DNA of 63,411 nt, counting the filler, from Octopus bimaculoides (lineage: Eukaryota): the NCBI RefSeq assembly GCF_001194135.2. It is 5 parts of 5 records of this genome, joined end to end, with 100 filler letters (N's around TTAATTAATTAA, not from the genome) between each part and the next. Parts side by side here need not be neighbours in the genome. Positions count along the whole stretch, not along the records: positions 61,264 to 63,411 come from NC_068989.1; 4 more parts are not named here. One strand, 5' to 3'. How positions within the stretch are numbered: the first letter of the stretch is position 1; the number at the start of each line of letters is the position of its first letter. This document shows, piece after piece, positions 63,347 through 63,411 of this stretch. The notes under the pieces are model-generated. The model saw only the letters and a list, made by a program, of their open reading frames with translations. It did no database searches and was not told the origin of the DNA. Position numbers and translations under genes: made by a program.

Positions 63347-63411
63347 GCGTGTATATATATATATGCATTTATATGTATGTGTGTGAAGGCGCATGGCTCA
63401 GTGGTTAAAGC

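Overview
AT-rich, microsatellite-dense animal genomic DNA from a gapped draft scaffold. It is probably an octopus or other coleoid cephalopod; this is an inference from the repeat families and composition and was not verified. Most of the window is intronic or intergenic and filled with mobile elements: several tRNA-derived SINE families, RTE, R4/Dong and HERO-like LINE fragments, Tc1/mariner, piggyBac-like MITEs and Penelope-like pieces. One confident host exon is present that the ORF track misses: 17305-17411 (minus), encoding [35 protein letters not shown], the PAS-B core of a BMAL1/cycle-type clock bHLH-PAS protein. The most notable system is a Penelope-like retroelement family with three intact type I hammerhead ribozymes (21574-21657 +, 34857-34940 -, 58780-58864 -). 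These show compensatory stem changes, end about 205 nt downstream at (TA)n tracts, and one has an inverted duplication that starts at the predicted self-cleavage site. Several long foldback hairpins occur, one with decayed hammerhead cores on both arms. Almost all ORFs in the supplied track are microsatellite or N-gap artefacts. All alignments and counts were done by eye, and family names are from recalled motifs, not database searches.
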